Origin: Marsupella aquatica | Lineage: Eukaryota; Plantae; Marchantiophyta | Assembly: GCA_973895155.1 (NCBI GenBank) | Contig: OZ316898.1 | Location: forward strand, 3,534,480-3,598,479 | Reading direction: 5' to 3' | DNA: 64,000 bases | Shown: positions 1-12,749 of the stretch, in pieces | Numbering within the stretch: the stretch's first letter is position 1 | Layout of the letters: the number at the start of each line of letters is the position of its first letter | Made by a program: the position numbers and the translations under genes | The notes under the pieces: generated by a model | Database searches by the model: none | What the model was told of the DNA's origin: nothing | The model's input: only the letters and a program-made list of their open reading frames with translations

Positions 1-914
1 GTAGTGGGCCTTTCATGTACTTCTCACATAGTGACTTTATATACTGACACCCAAGATCATGAACTTAGGAAACAAAAGTGGGAAAGTTAAAAGTAAAGCC
101 ACCCTTAGCTTTCCCTTTCCCGTGGATCAAGTGGAGTTCATTTCGCGGTCTGTCTTGATCGAGTGACAACTCACTGAACGCATACTAGTGTCAGCCTGCC
201 AAGTCATTGTGGAGGTGGAAACAATCCAACCAACCAACCTACTTACATTACTTTGATTTTGTTGCAGAAAGACAAGGAGGCCACCATGCATTAAAAGGAA
301 TTTCTAATGCAACAAAGAGAAATGACCAACTCCATGCAAAATTGAAATAATTATCAATTTTGAAATCTATGATTAAAAAATATGTGGTCTGCTATACTCA
401 AATTTATGCCCGAATGGACCCCCATATTTGTCAAAATGCTCATAGAGACTTTTCTGATCCAATGGACTGCAGTGCAACATTGTCTTCTGTATATATTACA
501 CCAATATATGAGTGAAATGTGACAAGAAATGTGACAGTCAATTTTGGAAATTAGTCGGTCTCTCAATTCTCAATGAAATTGACAGTATTAAGCTCATTGG
601 AAAGATCGATCTTTCCAAGCCCTTCCAACAGCCCTTCATAACAAACCCCCTTAAATCAGATTTCATTATTTAGATATAGGGGGATATTGAATGCCATTGT
701 TAGTGGTTAGAATGCTTTAGGAAGTACAAAGTGTGCATACTACGTGATGGAGTGATGCTAATAAATTCACGACTCTCTCATCATGAAAACTAAAGATATT
801 AGACCAGTTGGTTGGAAAAATCTTTTTAAGCGGTCTCTAAAGAACCCAAGAATATCCACTTCATTCATTATCAAGGGTTTTATTGGCCACTAGCCCGATG
901 CCTGTGCGTTGCAC

Positions 915-1400
915 AAAAGATGTTGAGGTGCAAAAAGATGTTGAGGTGAAGAAAGGATGTCGGTGTGAAAAAAGTTGTCGATGAGAGAAAAAGATGTCAA
1001 GGTGAAAAAAAAATGTTAGTGTGAAAAAAGTTGTCGATGAGAGAAAAAGATGTTGAGGTGAAGAAAAAATGTTAGTGTGAAAGAAGTTGTCGATGAGAGA
1101 AAAAGATGTTGAGGTGAAGAAAAAATGTTAGTGTGAAAAAAAATGTTGATGAGAGAAAAAGATGTCAAGGTGAGGAAAAGAAGTCAAAGCGAAAAAAGAT
1201 GTTGAGGAAAGAAAATATGGCAAGGTGAGGAAAAGAGGCGAAGATGAGGAGAACTTGTCAAGGAGAGAAAAGATGTCGACGGTGATGGAAAGATGCTGTG
1301 GTGAGATAAAGAACACAAAAAATGCCCATGTATTGCACAGAGATGTTGAGGTGAAGAAAATATGTTGAAAGGAGAAAAAGATGTTGAGGTGTGGCAAAGT
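915..1400. repeat. Degenerate ~19-20 bp minisatellite (AAAAAGATGTTGAGGTG...) inside the Helitron
   Basis: Directly visible reiterated units; explains the F/S-rich spurious ORFs 1128-1454 and 1184-1438. Confidence 0.85.
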
Positions 1401-2012
1401 TGTAGAGGAAACACAAAAAAAATGCAGACCAAACTCATTCTCTATGCGCCCCAAAAAGGTGTTGCATAAAAAATGTCATTATTAAAAAAATATAGTCATT
1501 TTGATCATTATTGTGAATATGTTATTGATGAGGAGGATGAAGGTGAGAACATGGAGATGCAAGGGTGATAGTGGCCATTACATCACAAAGTAGTAAGATG
1601 ATCACCCAAAAAATGATACAAGTTTTATTAAAATTAAAATTATTAATATTTAAGTAAATAAATATATACATACTTATTATTTTTAAAAGGGGGGGGGGGG
1701 GGGGGGGGGGGGCAGGAAAAATACAAAATTATCTCAGTTAACCCCTTCTATGTTTTTCCCTACCTTTTTCATTCTCATGTTCCTCAAATTTTGTCCCTTT
1801 TTTCCTTTATATGGCCCTCCCCTTTTTTTTTACTCCATGCCAATTTCTCACTACTTTCTCCATGATCTTTGGATAGTGCTTTATCTTTATATTTTTATGA
1901 GAGTATAATAGTTGCACCCTTGTAGAGTTGTAGTTCCCATGGGTGAGTAAAAGGTTCAATCTTACAATTCATAATTGTACTCTCAAGTACAATTGTTCTT
2001 GTTCTCATGTAA

Positions 2013-2172
2013 TCTATTGTAATGTAATTATGTGTTTATGTGTATCTTGGAACCATAGTGTAACTATTTAATACATCCTTCCTAATATTAATTCTATTGT
2101 AATGTAATTATGTGTTTATGTGTATCTTGGAACCATAGTGTAACTATTTAATACATCCTTCCTAATATTAAT
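2013..2172. repeat. 80-bp tandem duplication
   Basis: TCTATTGTAATGTAATTATG...CCTAATATTAAT at 2013 and 2093. Confidence 0.9.
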
Positions 2173-2840
2173 TAATAATTAAACGGTTACAAATCACCCA
2201 AATGATTTGATGGCTGTCATTCATTCTCGCCCAAAATACATTTTGTAACGAGACGAAGGACTAAAATGAGCGGGATTCAATATTATAGATGTAGATAGTT
2301 TGCTGTTGAAAACATTTTGGAAACAAGCTAGATAGGTGTAGATCGAGGAGTAAGTGAAGGTACAAAAGGTGTCAAGGTCTATCTGGTTTGCATGGTTCAC
2401 AGTCTAGGCTTGGTCTATGGGGTATCACTTACCTTATATATCTTCCCAATATTGTTCAGGTGGGTTTTTTGTCCTTCTAATTCATTCTTGCTTTTAGATC
2501 CATGTTTAAGTTAGGGCCATTTGCTGATTCTAACTAAGTTATTTCTATCACCTACAGTAGGTCCTCCAGTGGTTTTTTCAGAAATTGAGTTTCTTTGCCC
2601 AAACCTTTTCTTCCCAGAAGGAAGGTCACAGAAAACCTAGCCCTACTAAGAGTGGACAGCGGGTTGCACACCTGGTTGCTCATGATATGAAACCCGCTGA
2701 TATAAAAACTTATAGATATGACAATTCAAAGGAGGTACAGTGAGACCACTATGGTTAACAAAAATTTCTTTTCCCCACCTTTAATAGTTAGTTTTTACTT
2801 GTTTTGGTTTCTTTGAACACCAATAATAGTCAATGAGACA

Positions 2841-3328
2841 TGGACCTGATGGAGATGTTGCGGTGGAGATGCGACCAGTTATCGAGAGTCCTGGATTGGA
2901 GCATGGTGGACTGGTGGGTTCTTGCGAGTGCAGCGTCAAGTGGTGGCTGTGGTGGTAGATCGGTGGCCATGGTTGGGTGTTGATCAGCAGTCTCCTTTCA
3001 TTTTCCTTGTGGGTTATCGGTTTGGGATTCTCGTTTGTGGTCTTTCTTGTTTCTCTCCTAGTTCATTCTCGATCTTAGGTGACGCTTTCCCATCCCTAGT
3101 TTCCCTCCCCCTTCCTTGATCTGCCTCCCTCTCCGGCGGTCTGTGGGGTTAGTGCCTCTCTTTCCATATGGGTGTGCTCCTTCTCCAGCCCCCTTAATTT
3201 TCCTTGTTTTCCTGTCTCCTTCCATCAGACAGTTGTTTTATTTGCACGGTTTCCGTGTTTTTCAATAAAGTTTTGGGCTTTGTCCCTTTGAAAAAAATTT
3301 AAAAAAAGAAAAAGAAAAAAAGAAAAAA
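2841..3328 (+). mobile_element. 5'-truncated non-LTR retrotransposon 3' end (younger insertion)
   Basis: AATAAA near 3264, A-rich tail 3291-3328, TSD AGTCAATGAGACA at 2828-2840 and 3329-3341. Confidence 0.7.
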
Positions 3329-3341
3329 AGTCAATGAGACA

Positions 3342-4235
3342 GGCACCTCTTCTGGGCATCCGAGATTATTCACTCTTACCTTGGGTTTTGATATCTACCT
3401 TTTCTCCACCACCATTGTTATACCCATTTGCGGAGTTGTCTCTCCTCCTGGTCCCCATGTATCAGCACTGAGCTACTCGGCAAATTAATGCTGCTCTTCA
3501 TATTCATTCGGAGTCCTTGGGAACTGGCCCTCTACATGAAATGTTTTCTCAAATACCGGAGGAGAGTGTGATGGACCTGGGTTGGGTTCTCGATGGGTTC
3601 GTTGATAATTACCAACCTCCTCTTCGAATCTGCTTGAAGATCACTCGATTGTGGATATCTTCTCTTCGGAATTGGGTCCATGTCACTGCATTATTTGTGA
3701 TATGGGCCAGCACCCAATCTGTTTTTGGCCCTGCCCATTTTTCCAGATCTGATTCATTGGTCACCATGAGTATGTCATTACCAACTTTGGCGGCTATTGG
3801 TGGCACCTGCATTGTTGCCGTTTTGGATACATCTCGGAGGAATGGATGGATATTTGTAGGCGGTTGTGGGGACACATCAAGTTTATTCTGCCAGGATCTC
3901 ACAGCCGGTGGTGGGGGGAGTTGGCGTTTTCCCTGATCTGGCTCTTGCTAGTCTCCCAGGTTTTGTTGGTTGGGGTTTGGCTGCTTCTGTTTCTGTCTTT
4001 GCTGCTTCTGTTCTCCAGGTAGTTCTAGTTTCCCTCCTTGGGCTTCCCTTCCACTCTCTGATGTGCCCCCTCTCTCTGGCCATCTAGTTGGGTTGGCTGT
4101 TGTGCTTCACTTCTCCTCTAGTCACCCTTAATTTTCCTGTTCTTTCGGCCTGTCTCCTTCTTTTAGACGGGTTTGTGGTCTCTTTTGCCCTATGAATAAA
4201 GTTTCTGGCCCTTGGGCCTTCCCCCCCAAAAAAAA
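3342..4235 (+). mobile_element. 5'-truncated L1-like LINE 3' end (older insertion)
   Basis: ORF 3517-3936 contains WVHVTALFVIWASTQSVF, resembling the L1 ORF2 C-terminal W..IW..RN..F motif; AATAAA at 4195; poly(A); TSD AATAGTCAATGAG at 2825-2837 and 4236-4248. Confidence 0.65.
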
Positions 4236-4810
4236 AATAGTCAATGAGGTGGCCATGCATGTCAAAAGGGTGTCCAAATTAATGCCCCAAAAAGATGTCC
4301 TGGGCTCAAATTTGTAGTGTAGGTTGTACCCTCTTAGAATCTCTCCCAGACATCGCACGATTGTGACCGTGATTATTTTCAAATTTTCATCGTTGCCCTC
4401 TCACCTCTAGGGAGTGGAACCGGTGAAAAACTAGGGGCTGAATTGTAGTAAAGGAATGAAGTGTTTTGATATGCTGCTGCCAAACTTAAACGAGTGAAGT
4501 GAGCAACCCGATTATATTCATTGGTTTGATTGCCAGGTTAGGACGATTATATTCATTGGTTTGATTGCCAGGTTAGGAGATAGACCACATTCACAGATGA
4601 GGGGAACATCTGCAGCTCTAGCGTGATCTGGTTAGATGGTCCCTGCAAGGATCGACTGAGAAGAAATTTATGAAGTGTGGACAATTATATGCTCGCAACC
4701 AAACATATGGGAAACCCGTCCTCTCAAGGTGACATCTCAAGTCATGCCTGTGGCGAGGTAAGTTGAATTTGGTCAAGAGGAAGATGTCCCAAGCAACTGT
4801 ACAAACACAC

Positions 4811-4880
4811 AAAGGAAAGGAAAGGAAAGGAAAGGAAAGGAAAGGAAAGGAAAGGAAAGGAAAGGAAAGGAAAGGAAAGA
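4811..4880. repeat. (AAAGG)n pentanucleotide microsatellite
   Basis: About 13 perfect units. Confidence 0.95.
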
Positions 4881-5892
4881 ACGACACAGCATCTCTATGA
4901 CACAGCATCTCTAGAAGAAAAGTTATCTTAGGTTCTTCCATTTTGGAGACTCAAACTAACGGCTCACCAATTTCAATGAGTTTGGTATGTTCAATTTCAG
5001 TAAGTTTGGAAGTTCTTTAACGGAGAAGAGGCTGAGCTAATTACAGAGATTCAGTCCCAAACCCCAAAGTACAACGAGACAATATCTAAAATTAGCAGAA
5101 CAGGTTAATGATCACTCTGCTAACTTGTACCTCAACTGACGAGAAGATCAGGACATTTTATTGTACGTGGCCTCGTCTTTACATCGACGGGACCGCTTAA
5201 ATACATGAATCAAGAGTTGAAGCAACGGTTAAAGTCTCGCATTATCTCTTTCTCCTGAGCTTAATAGTGAGATCACTACAAAAAATAATTCCGCATAACT
5301 ATACTTATCCGATCGAGGGAGCATTCAGAATTTAACCTCAGTAGTCTTCCTTCTAGCAGTCGTTTGAACTGAACATGTTCACTTTATCAGCGAATCATAA
5401 GAAAAGTTGATATGTACAACAATGCCAGGGCCAGGCCCGAAAAACCGCCACATTAGTGCGCAACATCTCTTGTTCTAGATCGAGACCTTCCAATTGTCCA
5501 TTCAAAATTCATTTGTATTTTTAAAAATGTGAGTTATTATTTCTAACCTGACACTAGGATGATGGTCGATTTGTGGAATATCCTACCTGTCGGCCTTTGT
5601 ATGTTACATAAATGTGGGTGAACATTTGCTGGAGGAATTAGCAAGAGGCTCTGCCAGTACAAACGAAACAACCCTTATATGCGTATGGCCCCTCCTGTAT
5701 TTTTTTACTGTAACACATCGAAGGCCACTGAGCTCGATCCTAGGCACTGAGAAAGAGCTTCACCCGGCCAACGAGAGCAGGAGCTTTGGATCAGCATGAT
5801 CTACCATTGACGTAGCTCTTCACTGTCTCAGTTCAAGTGATCGCTCGACATCGCCTTAGTTACCTTGGACGTGATCGCGCGACATCATCGCC

Positions 5893-8120
5893 TTAGGTAC
5901 CTTCATTCGTTGAGTCGCCATCAATATGAATGCTCGTTGAGGTGCCATTGATGTGAATGTCGGTTGTAAAATTGTCATTGACTTTACTGCCATTGAGATG
6001 ATCACTCGTCAAATGGCCAGTGACAGGATCAATTGGTGAATTGCCATTAATGTAGCCCTTCACTAAGTTGCCATTGACGTAGCCACTCAATGGGTACGAG
6101 TTCAAGGGTCCATTCTTTGAGTTCCCATTGACGTGTATACTCGTTGAGATGCCATTGGCATATTGACTGGTGTTGCCCGTACTCGCTGAGTTGTCATTGA
6201 CGTCACTATTTGTCAATTTGACCTGACAGTTTGTTGAGTAGCCAGCGATCAGCTTGATTTTGATTTCATCAGGAAGTCGACCTGGCTTGCCGTTCTGGCC
6301 CAGGACAACAACCGTGGATCTAGCCGTCATGACCAACTGCACAGCCAGGCAGTAGAGAGCACGATTACGTAAAACCGAATGGGAATTCTGAGTGATTGGC
6401 ACTCATCATAAAGGTCTAACTTGGCTGCTTAAGAACTATCTCGTGTTCACGCAACATATAAGTAACTACACCAAGTAACTATATTAATCACATTATCCGA
6501 GGAACGCAGAAACCACGTGCTGAAATTCTTACCTCTCTTTGAGGAAGTCTGTAGATGTGGTCTTCAAATATCAGTCGGACTGCAGTTGTTCCCGCCACTC
6601 TTGAACTTACAATGTACCGATCACCACTCTGGTATCAATACATCCACCATACGTTAGAACGCACAAGAGGAGTTTGATCAAAGCTTGTTACTGAACAAGG
6701 ACAGTCAGCAATATATCATGCCTGTGTGAAATCAGCTGTTTGTCCCGTACTACTGCTGTGACGGATCCCTAATGTCAAGGTTGTGACCGACAACAGTCAA
6801 GCCAGTAAATAATGTACGTAAGGATTCTGGCAGTAAAACATCGACTCTAAGGATTATTTTCTTTACTCCATACAAAGGGAAAGAGGGCGTACTCTGAGAG
6901 GCGATACAAACTTCATTGTCATATCAGATATAGCCATGGATTTTCCAGACTCGGTCACGCCATCAGGACGGAAACCGATGTTCTCCAAAAGCTCAGTTCG
7001 TGCTGCATACGGCAGGCCAAAAGTTGTTCTTCGTATTAGACAGTAGCTCAATATTTTAATTGGCAGTGCTGACCAGAAGCACGTAGACTAGCTTGTAATG
7101 TTCAATACAGACAAAACTTGAGATGAGTGCCGCTATACTTCTCAGAAGAGACAGGTTTTTTGGACTGAGAAACCAAGAATATGTATGCTATCTGAAACAT
7201 TTGCCTTCCGTTTAGCTGAAAATAATACACACACTGGTAGCATCGAAATAGGCATGGAAGGGGATATGGAAGGATCGAGGAGAGCGCTGACCCTGCTGAC
7301 AAAACTGAGCATAAATGGCGTTGTTCACAACACCATAGTGGTCAAGCTCGTAATCACGAACTTTTCTCTCGATTTCGTATGCTTCAAGCATTCTGCAAGA
7401 AGGACCACAGCCAACTCAGCAAACGTATGATTGTAGACCAGCTCAACTAAACATTAATTGTCCATACTTCTATTGTCACTAGTATTTGTTGCATGTCATG
7501 GGCTAGCTCCATCATCTGAATTTCCCTCCAGACATTATTGCTGCTAGTAATGTCTAGTCCTGGAGTGATATGCCATCATTTGCCCTGTGTAATTATGAGA
7601 AAATGCACTATTCGCCCGACTATTCGAGACTTGTACGAATGAATGAACCTTCGAATTTGGCTTCTGTTTCATTTAACAAATTGATATGACGAAAAAATTG
7701 ATCCTCCATGACAATGCAATGAAGAAAATATCAGACTTACTCAACGTTCCCGGGAATCGCTTGCAACGCTTGCATCCGTTGCCGACCAGAAACTTTCCCA
7801 CACTCCCAATTGGAGCCGGAGAGAACGTGTCGACGATGGTGTTGAGGCGAATCGATGGAGCCGCCAAACAACGACGATTTGGATAGAGATTGCAACACGG
7901 CTAGTGGCTCTCCAGCGGCAGCTCCTCTCTTTCCCCTTCCACTGAGGACTGCCTTCATCCCTGCCTTCTCACAGCAACGAGAACCAGTCCGGTGTAAAGT
8001 GACCGCTACAGCTGTTGAAGAAGAGTTGCTCTTTGGCGTCATTGCGGTTCCTCCGGGGCAGCCTCCTTTCCAACTTCTGCCCACCAAGACAGACGTACAT
8101 TGAAGAGCAGTGCTCGCCAT
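5893..8120 (-). CDS. ALT: Acyl-lipid/acyl-ACP thioesterase (ALT/MKS2-like, single hotdog 4HBT fold), paralog 1, ~376 aa with transit-peptide-like N-terminus and NG-repeat tail
   Basis: Exons 8120-7741, 7392-7292, 7002-6893, 6628-6533, 6336-5893, all GT-AG and phase-consistent. Motifs [37 protein letters not shown] and [12 protein letters not shown] match the plant ALT family. Confidence 0.92.
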
Positions 8121-8210
8121 TGCGTCTGCGGATGGGAGCTAGTTTCTCGTGTCACGCGGTTCTGTGTTCATATGGTTCGCTCTAAGTTAGTTTCTGGAAC
8201 GCTGCCATTC

Positions 8211-8301
8211 CATATATAACAAGGTTCCGGTCTATATACCCATTCGTTTCCACCTTGGAATCGTTCCGGTCTATATACCCGTGCGTTTCCACCTTGGAAT
8301 C
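8211..8301 (-). promoter_or_regulatory. Putative core promoter of ALT paralog 1 with a duplicated TATA-containing 39-bp unit
   Basis: 39-bp tandem repeat (8224-8262, 8263-8301), each reading GGGTATATAGACCGG on the minus strand, homologous to GGGTATATAAACCG upstream of paralog 2. Confidence 0.55.
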
Positions 8302-8709
8302 TCTGGCAGTCATGAGTCTCTCTCCAAGCACGCCTCATAAAGTTGAGACAAGACAGACTTGGTCTAGATGAATGTACACGGCAAGCATTTTTCTGTGACG
8401 AGCTTGTCTGTTTTGGGCTTGTACAAAAAACGTGTCCATGGTCAGTGGTTCTCCTAGCTTCACTCTAGGAGATTCACTCTAGGAGAGGTCCCTAGGGGGA
8501 TGGTGCAATGAGACGAAAACGTAGGACTCCTGTTTCAACATCGCCAGAGCCCTCTTTGCATTGTGACTGGGAGAAAATCGCTTGTGGACGTTAGATTCCT
8601 CAACAAACTGTCCAAGTACGCAAGAAAGCTTTGAAGGCCGGCCAGTGTACTTTAAGTCAATTGCACGAAATGCAATTATCCTGTTGTAATTCATACGGCT
8701 TCGCGGTGG

Positions 8710-8828
8710 TCACACACCGCCTTTCTTGTTTTGGGCTTTATAATTCGGTCACACACCTCCTTTCTTGTTTTGGGCTTTATAATTCGGTCACACAGTCACT
8801 GCCTTTCTTGTTTTGGGCTTTATAATTC
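8710..8828. repeat. ~39-bp tandem repeat, three copies
   Basis: CCTTTCTTGTTTTGGGCTTTATAATTC(GGTCACAC) x3. Confidence 0.85.
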
Positions 8829-11062
8829 TATTGCCCGATGCCCCGTACGGTTGTACAATTAAACATGTTGAGGTGACCAGAAAATGTCAAGCTGAAAAAG
8901 ATGTCAATGAGAGAAAGAAATGTCAAGGTGAGGAATATAAATTGATCCATGTTGAAAGCAAAATCTGAAAGGTGGTTCACTTTAGCATCTATGTGGATTA
9001 AAGAACACTTGGAGTTGCCAATGGCATGAGAGAAAGAGATATGAACCTGAGGAGCAAATGTAAAGATGAAAAATAGATGTCAAGATGAGGGAAGATTAGA
9101 TAAGGTGAAACAAATATAAGATGTTGAGGTGAGAAAAGATGGCAGGTGAGAAAAAAAATGTAAAGATGAGTCTGTAAAAGATGTCAAGGAGAGGAAAAAT
9201 GTCGAGGGTGAGAAAAAATGGTTGTGGTGATCAATGTAAGAAAAAATATGATGAGATGAGAAAGAAATGTCAAGGTTTCTTTAAAAAAATAATTTAATTT
9301 TAAAAGGGAAATTTATAAAACCCCACAGAAAGGGAAGAGTAAGCCACAATAATTGAACCCAAAACCTATCAGTCTCTATTCAAGTGAGTTACCACAATGT
9401 CAAGGTAAGGTAAACTTGTTGTGGTGCATGGTATTCAATAACCCGTGCGTTACACATAGAAATTGGAGACACAAGACAACGGTCACTGCATTATGAAATC
9501 CAAGCACAACCAGTGATAGGAAAATTATATATATATATATATTTTTAAAATTTTTAATTAATCCGTGAAGCCTCTTGTTTATTTGCGTAGTTAGGGTCCC
9601 ATATACATATATACCATTCCTACTGTGTCTTAGTTATGCCCACATTTTGTGACCCTATTCTTGAGACTATACTATGTCAACATATCTCCCTATTCATTGG
9701 ATCCCTATTCATTGGACCAACGGAACGTGATGGAGCAAGACAAAACTTATCATTTGACACATTGCAAGGAGATGTATGCTTGCCGCAAATTTGCAATCTC
9801 AAAAATTGATATTTGTATCCATACTTGTACAGCCATCAGGACAAAATCTATCAACCTTTTGAGATATGGGAATAGTTACACTGTAGTCAATCTCTACTCT
9901 CTGCACTCGTCCATCTCCAAACAAGGCGACCTCATGAATCATTTTTTCTTGATCAAGCGTAATGTGCAATGTAAGAGCCCAACATGTCCTTTGATTGTAG
10001 AGCTTTCAGATCTGGATTGAACACAAAGTTCTGAAAAACTGTAAACTTGCTTCTAAGTAGGCAAAAAATCCCAATGTGCTTGAGTGGAAGAAGAGATGGA
10101 GGACTGCTGTTGGAAAGGTTAATCTAGAGAGTGCGTTGTCGGGTGCACTGTACATCGAGATGCAGACAATGTTGTGGTGACGTTCTCCCCCTTGTACACA
10201 CTATTGTTTTTAGTGTCTAACTGTTGCCTGGGTAGTTACCATTATTACTTGTAAGCACCTACTTATAATTATGGTTATTATGTTAAAAGTTCATATGAAA
10301 ACACAATATTATACACATTTATTGAATTTATGAAAAAAACCTAAAAGGAAATAAAATTATGGTAAAAAACATATATTTTACAGCAAGGCGACCCAAAAGT
10401 TACACAAAAAATCCCCACAAACATGACATGGATAGTAATGTTTTTTGCAAAATGGTCTTATCTTGTTTGTCTACATCCACGTTGATGTGGCGTGCTCCCC
10501 CCGGGTGCTCCCATGCCAGAGAGTTTGCAAGAGACCCCTAATGGGGGTCCGAAAGAAAGAAATGTTTTATATACTATATTTCTTTTCAAGTTTTTTCAAA
10601 AATGTAAAGCTAATATCCAATTCTTTAAATTCCAATTTTAATAATAATTTCAAAAAACATTCATCTTGGTCAGGTTTTGGCAGGCTATGGGCAGCTCGGG
10701 CAAAGGCAATTGAGATTAAAAGGGCTATGGATGGGTCTAATGGTGCTTAGAAACAATTTTTTTGAAACATGCCAAGAAAACAATTTTTTAATGAAGGGCT
10801 AAGACTGGTTCACACTTTCTACTGAGTTTGTAAGGGGAAGTCTTCTTGAACCTAGTGCATTGATAGAGGCCCTCCCCATTTTCTTTGTCATGTTGGACCC
10901 CTTCTTGCTTGGAGCACGTCATTTTCATTCACACTAAATTAAATATAAATATATTTGTTTTATTCTTTCTCTTTAGGTAGATTATTTTATGTTTGTCATT
11001 TTGGGTACACTTCAAATTTGAATGACGACCACGCCATAAAAAGGTGCAACCTTGTATTATAG
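8829..11062 (-). mobile_element. Degenerate non-autonomous Helitron (copy 2)
   Basis: Left end TTGCCCGATGCCCCGTACGGTTGTAC resembles the copy-1 3' terminus; same minisatellite at 8865-9280; right end GAATGACGACCACGCC...GTGCAACC...TATTATAG is shared with copy 3. Confidence 0.5.
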
Positions 11063-11162
11063 CTTTTCATTCCAAATTAGTGGAAAAGTTCCATTACAAT
11101 TAACCTTGTCAAAGTGAATCCTGGATATGTGCATGTAGTCCCTTAATAATAATAATATATTA

Positions 11163-12749
11163 CTAGCTCAATACTTGTGCATTGCACAAAAGATGTCGTT
11201 AAGAAAAAACATGCCATGTCACCCAAGATATCGTTATTTCAAAGATGTTATGAAGTAAAAAGATGTTGTTAAGAAAAAAACAATCATTTTGCCAAAGATG
11301 TTGTCATGTGAAAGCTAGGTGTTGTGAAGTAAAAAGATGTTGTTGAGAAAAAGAAGTAGTGTCGCCCAAGATGCCATTATGTAAAAGATGTCATAAAAAT
11401 GTGTCATTTCACCAAAGATATCAGGAAGTAAAGGACATTGTAAGAAAAAGGGTGTCGTTTCACCAAGATGTTGTTATGTGAAAGATATTGTGAAATAAAA
11501 AGTCAAGGAAGGAAGGAGCAAGTCGACCAAGAGTCAGGGTTGTCGCTGGGGTTGTCGCGGCCTACATCAGAAGGGTGGCATAGTTTTTTTGGTTGCATTC
11601 CTTTGTCTTTCTATTTTTCTTGTTTGGTTTTGTTTTTCTCCACCCAAAATGCCCCGACCTGCACCTGAATGACAATGACTCTTTAAATTGGCGCAACATT
11701 ATATTATAGGTTTCAGGTTTTGGGGTTTTGGGTTTAGCAAAGATGGTCATTCTGTCACCGGTTCTGTAGCTATCCTTTCAATCCCTGTGCATTGCATAAT
11801 GATGTTGTTTAGTTCCCGGTTTAGTTAAAGATATCATTACAGTAAAGATGTTGTTGTGAAATATATAGTGGTGCAAAAGATGTAGATATCATTGTGCAAT
11901 AATATATTTTAACATGATATCATTGTGCAATATAGGGGCTATGGCAGCCACAAAAGTTTGATAAAATAAAAAATAATAATAATTTATTTTTCCCTTTTCT
12001 TTTTTTCTTTTTTCTCCTTGCACAAAAAATTCTTGACTAAAAGATGGCATTGCACAAAAGACTGGCTATGACCACCACAAAAGTATAACAAAATGAGAAG
12101 TGTTTTTTTATACCTTTATTCTCTTATGTTCCTTTTAAACCTTCACCCCCTCTTTCGAACATTTTCACTATTTTTGGTGTCCTCTTTTTCTCATTCACCG
12201 TCACTCCACTCCCTTGTCCCCTGCATGGCTAGAGCCTGTCAAGGGGCTGCCCTACATTGCGGGTGTGCCCCTCGCCCAACACCTTGCCATCAACGCCCAT
12301 GCCATGTTCTTTACTATATGTCTTTGAGCCTTATTGCTTTTGTTTTTGGCATTGGAAATGAAAGTGCAAATGATTGTATAAATCACGACAAATATTTTGG
12401 GAATAGTTTTTTATTGATTAGTGTATGCAATACTCTATTGAGTCAAATACTATATGCAATTTGTATGTGCATATATATAGTATTTACTTACATGTGAGTA
12501 TGTACAATTCTTCCTTGCATGTGTCATGGAGGGAGGATCCTCCTTGATCCTCGGCATTGTGTTAAAGTCTTTCACTTTTTTGTTGTTGTCCCGTGTGATT
12601 ATTTCTTGCTTAGACAATGGTGTAACTCTTTTTGAGTCACACTAATTTAAACTAAATTCACACTTTCGCTGTATTACTTATCTTTGACCAGATTCTTCAA
12701 TTTTTTGAATGGCGGCCACGCCAATTTTTGGTGCAACCTCTTATTATAG
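11163..12749 (-). mobile_element. Degenerate non-autonomous Helitron (copy 3)
   Basis: ACTAG...TTGTGCATTGCACAAAAGATG terminus at 11162; AAAGATGTTGT-type array; 5' end ...GGTGCAACCTCTTATTATAG at 12749. Confidence 0.55.

Larger units (their letters stand above)
890..2295 (-). mobile_element. Non-autonomous Helitron (copy 1) with internal purine-rich minisatellite
   Basis: Minus-strand 5' end TCTACATCTATAATA at 2295; 3' end GTGCAACGCACAGGCATCGGGCTAG ending at 890; inserted between host A and T; no TSD. Array of AAAAGATGTTGAGGTG-like units at 915-1400. Confidence 0.75.

Noticed and set aside
1128-1454. F/S-rich ORFs
   Set aside because: Translation of the Helitron minisatellite.
5274-5290. CACTACAAAAAAT resembling a CACTA TIR
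   Set aside because: No matching right TIR, TSD or subterminal repeats found.
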